Assembly: GCA_963765205.1 (NCBI GenBank)
Contig: CAVXVB010000009.1
Span: forward strand, 416,001-480,000
Reading direction: 5' to 3'
Origin: an uncultured Verrucomicrobiae bacterium
GTDB taxonomy: Bacteria > Verrucomicrobiota > Verrucomicrobiia > Opitutales > JABDGR01
DNA length: 64,000 nucleotides
The position numbers and the translations under genes were made by a program. The stretch's first letter is position 1; each line of letters starts with the position of its first letter. Shown in pieces: positions 10,305 through 21,482 of the stretch. The notes under the pieces are model-generated. The model had not been told where the DNA came from and ran no database searches. It saw only the letters and a program-made list of their open reading frames with translations.

Positions 10305-11132
10305 GTGAACGTCAAGGATCAGTTTGATCTCGCGGGCCGCGTGGCGGTCATCACCGGCGGCGCAGGACTGCTCGGCGTGCAGCACGCCGAAGCCATCGCC
10401 GAAATGGGCGGCATTCCCATCCTGGTCGATGTGGACGCCCGGCGCGCCGTCGCCGTTGCGAAACAAATCGCCCTGCGTTTCAGCGTGCCGGCCGCGGCGC
10501 ACGGGGTGGACATCACCCGGCCCGCGTCTGTCAAAAAACTGCGCGACATTTTGCTGCGCAAGCAGGGCCGCGTGGACATTTTGATCAACAACGCCGCGCG
10601 CAATCCCAAAGTTGAGGGCGCGGGCAAACTGGTTTGGTCGCGCCTGGAAAATTATCCGCTGCCCCAATGGGAGCAGGATTTGGCGGTGGGTCTGACCGGG
10701 GCGCTGATCTGCTCGCAAATCTTTGGCGCGGAAATGGCGCGCGCGGGCCGCGGTGTCATCCTCAACGTCGCCAGCGACCTTGGCGTCATCGCGCCCGACC
10801 AGCGCATTTACCGCCGGCCCGGCGTGCCGGCGGATCGGCAAATGGTCAAGCCCGTCAGTTATTCCGTCGTCAAGCACGGCCTGATCGGCCTGACGAAATA
10901 CCTCGCGACCTACTGGGCCGAACAAGGCGTGCGCGCCAATGCGATTTCGCCCGGCGGCGTCTTTAATGAACAGGACCAGGATTTCGTGCGCCGGCTGACC
11001 GCGCTGATCCCCCTCGGGCGCATGGCACGCCTCGGTGAATACAAAGCGGCGGTGGTGTTTCTGGTATCTGACGCTTCGCAATATATGAATGGCGCCAACC
11101 TTGTAATGGACGGCGGCCGCAGCACCTGGTGA
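10305..11132 (+). CDS. SDR family oxidoreductase
   Basis: TGGAGLLG, INNAA, YSVVK, NAISPGG, GANLVMDGG. Confidence 0.88.
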   Translation: MNVKDQFDLAGRVAVITGGAGLLGVQHAEAIAEMGGIPILVDVDARRAVAVAKQIALRFSVPAAAHGVDITRPASVKKLRDILLRKQGRVDILINNAARNPKVEGAGKLVWSRLENYPLPQWEQDLAVGLTGALICSQIFGAEMARAGRGVILNVASDLGVIAPDQRIYRRPGVPADRQMVKPVSYSVVKHGLIGLTKYLATYWAEQGVRANAISPGGVFNEQDQDFVRRLTALIPLGRMARLGEYKAAVVFLVSDASQYMNGANLVMDGGRSTW

Positions 11133-12034
11133 AAACAATCAAGCTGCTCGCGTTGGACATTGACGGCGTGCTCACCGACGGCCGCACCACGCTCGGCGCG
11201 CGCTCGCCGGAGAAAAAACGCCTGGCCTTCCAGGACTTGGACGCCATCGGCACGGCCCGGCGCGCGGGTCTGCGCCTTGCCCTGATCACGGGTGAGAGTG
11301 ACGGCTCGGTGGATTTGGTGGCGACGCGAACCGGCGTCCCGGTGGTGCGCCGGGACGCGAAAGACAAATTGGCCGCCCTGCAATCAGTGGCGAAAGATGC
11401 ACGGGTTTCACTCGCAGAAATTTGCTACGTCGGCGATGGTGACCGCGATGCGCCGGCGCTGGCCCAAGCCGGCTTCGCGCTGGCGCCCGCCAATGCCACT
11501 TTCGCCGCCCGGGGTGCGGCCCACCGGGTTTTGAAAAAATCCGGCGGCCACGGCGCAGTCAGCGAAGCGGTGCGGCTGCTCTTGAACCGGTTGGCAGATG
11601 GACGAAACGAAAAAATCATCCGACGGGATTTGCGCGGGTATTTCCAGAAGCATAAAATTCCCCTTCGTCATTTGCCCGCGGTGGCCAAGTTGGCGCACGA
11701 GTTGGCGCGGGCGTTCCAAGCGGGGCGGAAAATCCTTCTCTGTGGAGAGGGCGCTGAGTCCGCGCTGCAAGCTTTGTCCTCGAGCCAGTGGGCCTGGCCC
11801 ATACTCGAACTTTCCCGCGACCCCGCCCTGCGCGCGAAACAGATCCTCGCGGTGGCGCGGCCCGGTGACCTGGTTGTTGAGGTGGGCGGGGCGGAGACTG
11901 ATTCCGCGCATCACGCGATACCGTCAAATATGCCAGACGTGCTTGAGTTGGCGCTGCACGGCCGCCGGGCCGGCGTGGGTTGGCGTGCGGCGGTGGAGGC
12001 CGCGGAAGCAATTCTTGCCCATGGCCCGGCGTAG
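11129..12034 (+). CDS. KdsC-like HAD phosphatase fused to a degenerate GmhA/SIS-like domain
   Basis: DIDGVLTDG, K, YVGDGDRD, GGHGAV; C-terminal GRKILLCGEG...KQILAVARPGDLV resembles GmhA. Confidence 0.78.
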   Translation: MKTIKLLALDIDGVLTDGRTTLGARSPEKKRLAFQDLDAIGTARRAGLRLALITGESDGSVDLVATRTGVPVVRRDAKDKLAALQSVAKDARVSLAEICYVGDGDRDAPALAQAGFALAPANATFAARGAAHRVLKKSGGHGAVSEAVRLLLNRLADGRNEKIIRRDLRGYFQKHKIPLRHLPAVAKLAHELARAFQAGRKILLCGEGAESALQALSSSQWAWPILELSRDPALRAKQILAVARPGDLVVEVGGAETDSAHHAIPSNMPDVLELALHGRRAGVGWRAAVEAAEAILAHGPA

Positions 12035-12063
12035 GCCGTAGCTTCTACCCGGTGTTATTTTTT

Positions 12064-13359
12064 ATGAAAATTGGCGTCTGCGTTGCCGACTACGATATTC
12101 GCAACGACCTGCCCGACCTGCTTCGCGGCCTCGCCAGGCATCATGAAGTCGTTGTGCTGGCCTCGCCCGCCGAGGCGCCGCGCGTGGGTGAAGGACCGTG
12201 GGAAAAACGACTGGTTCGCGCCAAAATCAATGGCTGGAACAAGCTTTGGCTGGCACTGTTTGCCCGCTATGGCCAGGTGCCGGCCAGCCGGGACAATTTT
12301 TGGCAGAACACGCTTTTTCTTTTGCAAAAACTTGATCCCGCCAAGCGCCGCCAGGCCACCGCGCGCCTGCGCTGGCGGCTAAAATTTCCACAGATATTTT
12401 CCTTTGACGGCCTGCTGCGCCTGTTGCGCGGCCGGGCTGGTAAAATTGACGATTTGGACGGCGTGCTGTTCATCACCAATATTTCCAGCCCGGAACTGCT
12501 CGCGCAAGCGCAGCAGTCCGGTGTGCGCTGCGCCGCTTATGTTTACAGTTGGGATCATGCGCCGAAATATGACCGTTTCCCGCACCATTTGGACGCCTAC
12601 TTCACCTGGAACGAGGGTGTGGCTGACGACCTGGCCGCGTTGCAGGGCGTGCCCCGTGCGCGGGCCCATTCAGTCGGGGCGACACAGCTTGTTTGTCTCC
12701 GCGAATATTTGCAGACCCCCGAGGCGCGCCGCCGGAAAATCCCCTTCCGCTACGCCTATTATGGCTGCGCGATTGCGATTCCCGCCCTCGCCGAGCAGGA
12801 GGTTCGCCTCCTCGAATGGCTGGCGGAGGAACTCGCCGCCGCCGACCCCGGGTTGAAACTCATCGTGCGCCCCTATCCGATGTTGCGCGACACGACCTGC
12901 TTTCGCCGCCTGCGCGCCCGGCCCAATATCGCCTTCGACGACGAATACCGCGCCGAAATCCAGGAGCGCGTCATCCCCCGCGCGGATGTGTTTTCCAAAT
13001 TCAATTTACAGGAGCACGCGGAGCTGTTTTTCCACTGTGGCACCACCATGGGTTTTGAGGGCGCATATTTCGACACGCCCGTGTTTTTCCTCGCGCCGGA
13101 CGACTTGGACTACGGGGCGCCGGCCGGCGACGAGATGCACATCACGCGCTTTTTCCATACCTACCACAACCAAAAATACCTGATGCTGCCCGGCTTTGCC
13201 AACGTAGTCACGCGCGCCGCCGACCTGCGCCCGCGCCTGCGCGAGGCGCTGGCCCGGCGCAAGCTTTTCCTGCCCTATAACCGCGCCATCCGCGCGGCCA
13301 CGCCGTTGCGTTCGATGGAAGATATTGCCGGCAACCTGGCCGCGGTTTTTCAAAAATGA
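12064..13359 (+). CDS. Putative glycosyltransferase (GT-B-like; candidate nonulosonate transferase)
   Basis: YSWDH, TWNE, LIVRPYP, TTMGFEG..FDTP; directly after the neu block. Confidence 0.5.
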   Translation: MKIGVCVADYDIRNDLPDLLRGLARHHEVVVLASPAEAPRVGEGPWEKRLVRAKINGWNKLWLALFARYGQVPASRDNFWQNTLFLLQKLDPAKRRQATARLRWRLKFPQIFSFDGLLRLLRGRAGKIDDLDGVLFITNISSPELLAQAQQSGVRCAAYVYSWDHAPKYDRFPHHLDAYFTWNEGVADDLAALQGVPRARAHSVGATQLVCLREYLQTPEARRRKIPFRYAYYGCAIAIPALAEQEVRLLEWLAEELAAADPGLKLIVRPYPMLRDTTCFRRLRARPNIAFDDEYRAEIQERVIPRADVFSKFNLQEHAELFFHCGTTMGFEGAYFDTPVFFLAPDDLDYGAPAGDEMHITRFFHTYHNQKYLMLPGFANVVTRAADLRPRLREALARRKLFLPYNRAIRAATPLRSMEDIAGNLAAVFQK

Positions 13360-14528
13360 GCGCGCTCGAAAAAATCGCGGTGGTCTGCGAAAAATTTCCG
13401 CTGCCGTCCCAGACGTTTGTGCAACTGCACGCCGAAATCCTGGACGCGGATGTGTTCGCGCTCGAAGTGACGGCGCCTGTCGGCGACCCGCGCTGGGCGG
13501 GCCGCGTGCAGGCCCTGGGTATCGAACCGGGGCGCAACCGTCTGCGCATCTTCGCCGAAAAAGTTTACCGGCGTCTGGCCGGCACGCCCTGGCGAGTCTG
13601 GCTGCCGCACGAACGTCGCCGCCTTCGCTTTCTGCTGCGCGAGCGCCGCATCACCGCCGTCGTCGTGGAATTCGGCCAGTGCTTCATTGGCTGCGGCACG
13701 GCGGTATTCGAGCCGGGCGTGAAAGTTGTCCCGTATTTCCATGGCGTGGATTTGTCGGCCTGCCTCCGGGACGCGCGCTATGTGCGCAAACTTCGCCCGC
13801 TGCTGAACCGTTGTTCCAACGTCATTGTCGTGAATGAAATAATGGGGGAGCGCCTGCGGCGCGTTTTTGGATTTTCCGGAAAAATCCACTGCGTCCCCTG
13901 CGCGGTGGATGTTTCCATTTTTGGGCATTTGTCCCGGTCGCGCCACGCCGGGATAAAATTCCTGTTTGTGGGCCGGCTGGTGGAAAAAAAAGGCGTGACT
14001 GAACTGGTGACCGCTTTTGCCCGTTATGTTGAACAAGGCGGCCCGGGCACCTTAACGATCGCGGGCGACGGGCCGATGCGTGGGGCGGTCGAAAAAATCA
14101 TTGCCGCCGCCAGGTTGCGCGAACGGGTGGAACTCACGGGCGGGGTCACGCATGCACAAGCCGCTGCGTTAATGTCGGCGGCGGATGTTTACACTCAGCA
14201 CTCCAAGGTCGCCGCCGACGGCGATGAAGAAGGCTGGCCGGTGGCGATTGCCGAGGCCTGCGCCGCGGGTCTGCCGGTGGTGGCCACCTATCATGCGGCA
14301 ATTCCGCAGCAGGTTATTCCTGGGCAGACTGGTTTTTTAGTGAAAGAAGGCGACATTGAGGGCATGGCGCAAGCGATGCTCGAGCTGGCCCATTCACCCA
14401 GCCTGCGAGAGCAAATGGGGCGCGCCGCGCAGGCGCACATCCACAAATTTTGCGACCTGCTCGCATATCGCAACCGCTTGGTGGAAATTCTGCAACATGC
14501 CCAGACAGCGGTGAAGGGGATGCTATGA
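13356..14528 (+). CDS. GT4 glycosyltransferase (WcaL-like)
   Basis: FPLPSQTF, FHGVD, FVGRLVEKKG, DGDEEGWPVAIAEA. Confidence 0.88.
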   Translation: MSALEKIAVVCEKFPLPSQTFVQLHAEILDADVFALEVTAPVGDPRWAGRVQALGIEPGRNRLRIFAEKVYRRLAGTPWRVWLPHERRRLRFLLRERRITAVVVEFGQCFIGCGTAVFEPGVKVVPYFHGVDLSACLRDARYVRKLRPLLNRCSNVIVVNEIMGERLRRVFGFSGKIHCVPCAVDVSIFGHLSRSRHAGIKFLFVGRLVEKKGVTELVTAFARYVEQGGPGTLTIAGDGPMRGAVEKIIAAARLRERVELTGGVTHAQAAALMSAADVYTQHSKVAADGDEEGWPVAIAEACAAGLPVVATYHAAIPQQVIPGQTGFLVKEGDIEGMAQAMLELAHSPSLREQMGRAAQAHIHKFCDLLAYRNRLVEILQHAQTAVKGML

Positions 14529-15655
14529 TGAAAACCGTGTTTGTGAGCTTGGGTCTTTATCCTTGCCCGCAAGGGCGCACTGCCACGGAGGTCCGCGCCT
14601 GGCAAAATTTGATCGCGCTCCGGGAACTGGGGTTTGCCATCACAATTGTCACCACTCCGGATCCCGCCGGGCGCGAAATTCCGGGCTTTCCGGTCGTGCT
14701 GGCACCGCCGTTGCCGGAAACCCATTTCGTGCAATTTCACCGGCATTGCCGCTATCGCCGCACGGTCAAGAATTTGATAGCGCATCATTTGCCTGATTTG
14801 TCTACAATTTTGTTTTGCGAGCATTGGGCGGCGCTGGCGTGCATTCCGCGGCACCCACGGGTGGTTTATTCCTGTCATGACTTGGAACGAAACCTGGGCC
14901 GACTGCGTCGCCTCTTGAAGCAAAAGCCGGCCATCACACTGAAGATGCGGACGTATTGGTGGTTGACGAATTATCTGGAAAATCGACTGTTCAAAAAAAT
15001 TGACCGGGCGATTTGCGTTTCCGCGAGCGAAGCGCAGTGCGTGAAGGCCCGCTGGCGCATCCCTGCGGAATATATTCCCACCGTGCCGCCTGCCACGGCG
15101 GGCGAACCGGCGAAGGGCCTCAATCCGTCCATTCGCTATTGGATCTACGGCGGATCCGGCGCCACCTCGAACAAGATTATCCTGGACCATCTGGCGCGGG
15201 AACTTTACGATTTGCTCAAGGCCGCCGCGCCGCGGGCTGAGTTTCACCAGGCGGGCAATTTTAACACCTACGCGCCGGAGCGAATCGAGTGGCTGCGCCG
15301 GCATTTCACCGTCCACGGCTTCATGGACGATCCGGCGCGGATTTTTCAGCGCGGCGATTTCTGCCTGATTCCCTATCAATACGACACCGGCTTCCGCACG
15401 AAAATCCCCGAGGTGTGCGGCTACGGCATGATTTGCGCCGGCTATCCTGCGACGTTTGCCTGCTGCCCGGAAATGCGCGACGGCTATAACTGCATCATCG
15501 CGGAAACACCCGCGGCCCTTGCGGAAAAACTCGCGCTAGTGGCTAGCGACGATGTTACACGCGAACGGCTTTCCGCTAGCGCGATCGAGACCCGCCGCCG
15601 GGACTTTTCCCCGGTGGTCTTGCTGGAAAAATACCGCAGTGCCTTGGTCTTTTAA
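14525..15655 (+). CDS. Putative glycosyltransferase (GT4-like)
   Basis: HDLE, ICVSASE, LIPY..TGFRTKIPE; start overlaps previous stop. Confidence 0.65.
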   Translation: MMKTVFVSLGLYPCPQGRTATEVRAWQNLIALRELGFAITIVTTPDPAGREIPGFPVVLAPPLPETHFVQFHRHCRYRRTVKNLIAHHLPDLSTILFCEHWAALACIPRHPRVVYSCHDLERNLGRLRRLLKQKPAITLKMRTYWWLTNYLENRLFKKIDRAICVSASEAQCVKARWRIPAEYIPTVPPATAGEPAKGLNPSIRYWIYGGSGATSNKIILDHLARELYDLLKAAAPRAEFHQAGNFNTYAPERIEWLRRHFTVHGFMDDPARIFQRGDFCLIPYQYDTGFRTKIPEVCGYGMICAGYPATFACCPEMRDGYNCIIAETPAALAEKLALVASDDVTRERLSASAIETRRRDFSPVVLLEKYRSALVF

Positions 15656-15659
15656 CGCC

Positions 15660-16809
15660 ATGACTCCCGCCGAAGCCAACGAGACCATCCATACCGACTG
15701 TGCGCATTATCGCGGGTCGGCGCCGTGCGTATTCCACAAGCGCGACGGCCGCGTGCCCCGGCTGCCCGGATTACGCGCCGCTCGGCCGCAAAATTTTGGT
15801 GGTCAAGCTTGACGCCATAGGCGACGTGTTGCGCACGACCGCCATCCTACCGGCGTTGCTGGATAAATATCCCGGCGCACAGGTCACCTGGGTCACGCGC
15901 GAACGCTCCCGCCCGCTGCTCGAAGGTAATCCGCAGTTGCACCGGGTGCTCGCGGTCGAGGGCAATTATCTCGAGACGCTCATGAGCGAGGACTTCGACC
16001 TCGGCATCGGGTTGGACGCTGATGCCTTGTCCGCGCAAATTCTGTCGCTCGCGCGTTGCGGGGAAAAACTCGGATTCACCGCCGGACGCTTTGGCTGGGG
16101 CGAGCCAGCCAGCCCGGAGGCGCGGGCCTGGTGGCTGATGGGGGTGAATGACCGCCTGAAAAAAGCCAATCGGCGCACTTACCAGGAAATCATGTATCAA
16201 ATCTGCGGCCTGGCCGGCCCGGTCGCGCGCCCGCAACTGCCCGCCAGGTTGCTGGAGCCGGGATGGATTCGCCGCCGCCGCGAGGAATTGGGCCTCCGGC
16301 CCGACCGTAAAGTAATCGGCCTGAACACTGGGGGCGGCGGTCGCTGGCAGTGCAAAAAGTGGACCGTCGCCGGCACGGTGGAATTGGTGCGGCGTCTGCG
16401 CCGGCGCGTCCCGGATGCGGCCTTATTGCTTTACGGCGGACCGGAGGAAATCGAATTTAACGCGGCCATCCTGGCGGAGTGCGCTGGGCAAGTCGCGGAC
16501 TTGGGCTGCCAAAATCCCGTCCAAGAATTTGTCTCCCTCGTCAGCCTCGCCGATATTTTTTTCACGCCGGACAGTCTGGGTTTCCACATCGCCATTGCGT
16601 TGGCGAAGCGGACGGTGGTGCTGGTCGGGCCGACTTCCCCATGGGAACTGGATGTGTATGGCCGCGGCGAAATCCTGACCGCCGACCCCGAATGCGCGGC
16701 CTGCTACCGCAGCCGTTGCGACCGCCGCCCGACTTGCATGGAAACGCTCGATCCCACGGTGGTCGAAAACGCCATTTTGCGCCAGTTCAATCTGCTCGAT
16801 CCGTCCTAA
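15660..16809 (+). CDS. GT9 (heptosyltransferase-family) glycosyltransferase with Cys-rich N-terminus; frameshift near 15750
   Basis: DCAHYRGSAPCVFHK then CPGCPDY..ILVVKLDAIGDVLRTT, KKW, TPDSLGFHIAIAL, VGPT. Confidence 0.85.
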
Positions 16810-16872
16810 ACCCGCAGGATTGAAAAACCTTCTGGCCGAACTGCCCCGGCCCTCCATCCCTTTACCCCAGCC

Positions 16873-17716
16873 ATGGCCAAACTCATCATTGAAGCCGGTC
16901 GCACCAGCAAGCACTACTGGAAAGACCTATGGCGTTACCGCGAGTTATTTTACTTTCTCGCCTGGCGGGACTTGCTCGTGCGCTACCGGCAGACGGCCAT
17001 CGGCCTGAGCTGGGCCGTGTTGCGCCCATTGCTCACGATCTTCGTGCTGACGATTATTTTTGAACGCGTGGCCGGCCTGTCGGCCGGGGACGTGCCCTAT
17101 CCGATTCTGGTGCTGGCCGGGATGCTGCCCTGGCAATTTTTCTCGAATTCACTCACCGACTCCAGCAACAGCCTGGTGGCCAATGCCAATCTGATTTCCA
17201 AGGTCTATTTTCCGCGGTTGTTGGTGCCGGCCAGTTCCGTGGTCGTCAGCCTGGTGGACTTCCTCATTTCATTTGTCATTTTGATTTACCTGCTGCTCTG
17301 CTACCAGTTCGCGCCCACCTGGCATTTTCTCGCGCTGCCCGCGTTAGTGCTCCTGGCGTTTCTGGCGGCGTTAGGCCCGGGCCTGCTGGTCACCGCGCTT
17401 AACGTCCAGTATCGGGATTTCCGGTATATCATCCCGTTCATCGTGCAATTTGGCCTCTATGTGTCGCCCGTGGGTTTCAGCAGCAGTCGGATTGATTTCG
17501 GTCTTGGCCCACTACCACCTGGCGGCGCACTGGCGGCTGGTCTACTGGCTCAACCCGATTGTCGGCGTCATTGACGGATTTCGCTGGGCCATCTGCGGCC
17601 ACGAACCCTTTTACTGGCCGGGATTTGCCGTTTCCGTGACCGTCATTGGATTGATGCTGGCCTATGGCTTGCGTTATTTCCGCCGCATGGAACGCGCCTT
17701 CGCCGACATCATCTAG
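16873..17716 (+). CDS. wzm: ABC-2 polysaccharide export permease; frameshift near 17497
   Basis: [36 protein letters not shown]; next frame gives [15 protein letters not shown]...MERAFADII. Confidence 0.9.
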
Positions 17717-17729
17717 GAGGCCACCCCGC

Positions 17730-18980
17730 ATGAGCGACACCGTTATCACCGTGGACCGGCTTTGCAAAAGCTACTGGCTCAAGCACCAGTCGCAGGCCGG
17801 CCGCAAAAAAGGCCACCAATACGAACGGTTCAGCGAGGTCCTCACCCGCACCCTCGCCGCGCCGTTTCGCCGCCGGAAAGCGGACGAGGCAGCCGCCAGC
17901 CGGGAGGAGTTTTGGGCACTGAAGGATGTTTCCTTCGAAGTCCAACGCGGCGAAGTCCTGGGCATCATCGGGCGCAACGGCGCCGGGAAATCAACGCTCC
18001 TGAAAGTTCTCTCCCGCATCACCGACCCGACTTCGGGCCGGGTCGAGATAGACGGGCGCGTGGCCTCCTTGCTCGAGGTCGGCACCGGCTTTCACCCGGA
18101 ATTGACGGGGCGGGAAAATGTTTTCCTCAACGGCGCCATCCTGGGCATGAGCCGGGTGGAAATCAAACGGAAGTTCGATGAAATCGTCGCCTTCGCCGAG
18201 GTGGAGAAATTCCTGGACACGCCGGTCAAGCGCTACAGCAGCGGGATGTATGTGCGGCTGGCGTTTGCCGTCGCCGCCCACCTCGAACCGGAAATCCTCA
18301 TTGTGGATGAGGTGCTGGCGGTCGGTGACGCACAATTTCAAAAGAAATGCCTGGGGAAGATGCAAGATGTGTCGAGCCAGGATGGCCGGACGGTTTTGTT
18401 CGTCAGCCACAATATGGATGCTGTGCAAAATCTTTGCAAGCGGGCCGTACTGCTGGAGCAAGGCGCCGTGAGCGCGATCGATAAGGTGGAAAGGATTGTC
18501 CTGCAGTATATGCAAACCTGCGGCACGAAATTGCAGTGGCAGGTCGCCAAAGCCCCGGCGGCGACGCACATCCGCTCGGTCTGTTTGGACGAACAGGCTT
18601 TGCAGAACGGCGCGCTTAAAGTGAAAATCTCGATTGTGCGAAAAGCGGATCGGCGACAGCTAACTCCGGGACTGGCCTTGTTCACGGCTACCGGCCAGCC
18701 GGTATTCGGCACCAATTCCGAAATGCATCCGCCCCCGGCGGGGGAATTGCCCATCCAGTGGGAAGAGTGTTGCTTAACCATTGACCCGCTCCCGCTTTGG
18801 AATGGCGATTATGTATGCTCCATTTGGTTGACGGAAAAGGACAGCACGGTTGTTCACTTGGAGAAGATCATGGGCTTTAAATTCCTCGCCAACAAGTTTC
18901 GGGTCAGATTGCCACCGATTTCGACCATGGGGGCGATGCGGGTCGATGCCCATTGGCACTTGTCACCAGGAAGCAGTTAA
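17730..18980 (+). CDS. wzt: Polysaccharide ABC transporter ATP-binding protein with C-terminal domain
   Basis: [37 protein letters not shown]. Confidence 0.93.
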   Translation: MSDTVITVDRLCKSYWLKHQSQAGRKKGHQYERFSEVLTRTLAAPFRRRKADEAAASREEFWALKDVSFEVQRGEVLGIIGRNGAGKSTLLKVLSRITDPTSGRVEIDGRVASLLEVGTGFHPELTGRENVFLNGAILGMSRVEIKRKFDEIVAFAEVEKFLDTPVKRYSSGMYVRLAFAVAAHLEPEILIVDEVLAVGDAQFQKKCLGKMQDVSSQDGRTVLFVSHNMDAVQNLCKRAVLLEQGAVSAIDKVERIVLQYMQTCGTKLQWQVAKAPAATHIRSVCLDEQALQNGALKVKISIVRKADRRQLTPGLALFTATGQPVFGTNSEMHPPPAGELPIQWEECCLTIDPLPLWNGDYVCSIWLTEKDSTVVHLEKIMGFKFLANKFRVRLPPISTMGAMRVDAHWHLSPGSS

Positions 18981-19061
18981 GGGATCAGTAGCACATAATT
19001 TAATTAACTGTAGCGGATTCAAAGCTTGATCTCGCACGGAACCAAAAGTGCTTTGTTACCC

Positions 19062-20305
19062 ATGAAAATTAACCCACCAACCGATTCGATAGCCTGTCTG
19101 CCAGGTACTTTCGCGGCCGGAGTGGTAGGCGATGCCGACCCGGACAACCGTATTCTCATTATCTCCCATGTCGGATGTCCGCCTCCCAGCGAGGGTTCAA
19201 ATGTACGTATGGCCGCGTTGATTCGGGAGATGCGCCGAGCCGGCTACGCAGTGCATTTTGCCGGCGTTCGCATGACCGAGCAAAAAATAGCCAGCACGCG
19301 TCCGATGGTGGATTACCTGGGTGGGCAACTTTGAAAATCGGCCACCTCCCCCCGCAAGCATCGAGGTCCGCCTTCTGCGAAAGGGCCGCAAATTGCTCCA
19401 TCGCCTTGAATTGGTGGAGGATCGCCTGGATGGGAAGTTTTGCGAACATTGGTTGGAAGAAGCGCGCGATTTGCAGCGACGCCTCCAATATCCACGGGTG
19501 CTGGTGGCCTACGTGTTCTATTCCAAGTTCTTGCAGGCCTTTCCGGATCCCTGCTTAAGAGTTTTGGACACCATTGATGTCTTTTCCAACCGACGGCAGC
19601 GCCTGCGCGCCAAAGGGGTCAGCGATTATTGGCTATCCTATTCCCCGAAAGATGAGAAACGGGGGTTGCGGCGCGCCCATCGGCTCATGGCGATTCAGAA
19701 CCAGGAAGCCGCTTACTTTCGGCAGTTGGTAGGGAGCGCTCCGACGGTGAATACGGTAGGGCATTTAGCAGAAGTATCCGGCGTGCCTCCGGCGCCAGCG
19801 CCATTTACCCGTTTGGGTTGCATCGGCTCCGCCCACGCTTCGAACCTGGTCGGGTGGCAATGGTTTATGCGCGAAGTGTGGCCGCGCATCCGGGTGCAAG
19901 TTGCTGGAGTGGAAGTCTGGGTGGCCGGCACAATTGGTGAGAAATGCGCGCCGGAACCAGGGGTGCGTTTATTGGGGCAAATTCCATCCTTGGCGGATTT
20001 TTACCGGGACTGCCCGGTGTTCATCTGTCCCGTGCAGAGCGGAACCGGACTTAAAATCAAAACCATTGAGGCGTTGATGCAGGGCCGCCCAGTGGTGACC
20101 ACGGGCGTCGGCGCGGAGGGTTTGGACGCTTTCCGCGGACATGGTCTGGTGGTGGGCGATTTCGGCGGAGGAGTTTGCGAATGCCGTGGTCACTTTGCTG
20201 TCCAATTTGTCTCAAGCCCAGCAAGCCGGCGAAGCAGCCTTGCGCCAGGCGCAGGCATACTTGGTGGAGAACCAACGGGCCTTGGCAGACGTATTGTCAA
20301 AATAA
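19062..20305 (+). CDS. Glycosyltransferase (GT4-like); two frameshifts near 19318 and 20160
   Basis: Three consecutive frames join: RILIISH..PPSEG / WFMREVWP..GTGLKIKTIEAL..VVTT.VGAEG / AEEFANAVVTLL...TAA 20305. Confidence 0.75.
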
Positions 20306-20400
20306 TACCCGCTTGTAATCCCTCATACGATGGGTATTGTTATTTCCCACCTATTGAGGGTGCGCGCTAGGTCTCTTTTTCGAAGATTTACCAATGCCCC

Positions 20401-21393
20401 ATGCATTGTCCCGCGCTCACTGAACTTCCCCCGCCCCCACCCGGCAAAACCGGCTGGCCGTGGACGGAGGAATCGCCCGTCTTTCCGGCTACCCAGCACA
20501 CGGGCGCGGCGTGGCCGAAAATTGCGGTGGTGACGCCGTCGTTCAACCAAGCCGATTTTCTCGAACAAACCATCCGCTCGGTGCTCCTGCAAGGCTATCC
20601 CGATTTGGAATATATCATCATTGACGGCGGCAGCACCGACCACAGCACCGCCATCATCCGCAAATACGAGCGGTGGCTTAGTTACTGGGTAAGCGAACCC
20701 GACCAGGGTTGCTCGGATGCCTGCGCCAAGGGTTTGGCCCGCACCAACGCCGCTTTGCTCGGGGTTATGAACGCCGATGATTTTTTTGCCCAGGACGCGT
20801 TCGCCAAGCTCCTCGCCCTTCGCCTGTCCCACCCGCAGAACGTGCTGTGGGGCGGGGCTTGTCCGGAATTGGACCTAAACGGGATTCAGATCAAGGTGAA
20901 GCAACCTTTTATTCGCAATCACCAAGCCATTGGCAATTGGGGGGTGGGGGCGTGGTTTTTTAGTCCGGCTTGCTTATTTGATGGTTCAGCCTACCGGGCC
21001 GTGGGCGGGTTCGACCCGCGATTTTTCAATTCTGGCGACGTGGACCTCTGGATTCGCCTGGGGAAAGTTGGAACTTTCATCTTCACTACCGAAACGGTGG
21101 CCTTCGTCCATCATAACCCCAAGTCCATTTCGCGCCGCGACGAGCTGGGCGGCGACATCGGGCTCGTCGCCTCGAATTATCTTCACGGCAACCACGACAT
21201 CGCCCGTATAAAAATGACTCGTTACATCAAGAACTGGTTGCGAACTTTGAACCAAAGCCAAATTCCTGCGCCCGATACGGCTTCGGGTATTTTAGCTTTG
21301 GCACCCACTTTCATTTTGGTCCGTGCGCTCGTTCTGCGTCTGGCCAGGTTTGTCTGGCATCCACTTCGCCGGGTCTTTCGGCGGCCGGGCTGA
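20401..21393 (+). CDS. GT2 glycosyltransferase
   Basis: VVTPSFNQ..LEQTIRSVLLQ, IIDGGSTD, WVSEPDQG, NADD. Confidence 0.9.
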   Translation: MHCPALTELPPPPPGKTGWPWTEESPVFPATQHTGAAWPKIAVVTPSFNQADFLEQTIRSVLLQGYPDLEYIIIDGGSTDHSTAIIRKYERWLSYWVSEPDQGCSDACAKGLARTNAALLGVMNADDFFAQDAFAKLLALRLSHPQNVLWGGACPELDLNGIQIKVKQPFIRNHQAIGNWGVGAWFFSPACLFDGSAYRAVGGFDPRFFNSGDVDLWIRLGKVGTFIFTTETVAFVHHNPKSISRRDELGGDIGLVASNYLHGNHDIARIKMTRYIKNWLRTLNQSQIPAPDTASGILALAPTFILVRALVLRLARFVWHPLRRVFRRPG

Positions 21394-21482
21394 TTGCAGC
21401 TTTTTTGATTAGCCAGCCATGCCTGGCCAATCGCGGTGGTTGATGTCTCCGGGCTACACTCGCCAATAGTATATCCACAAGA

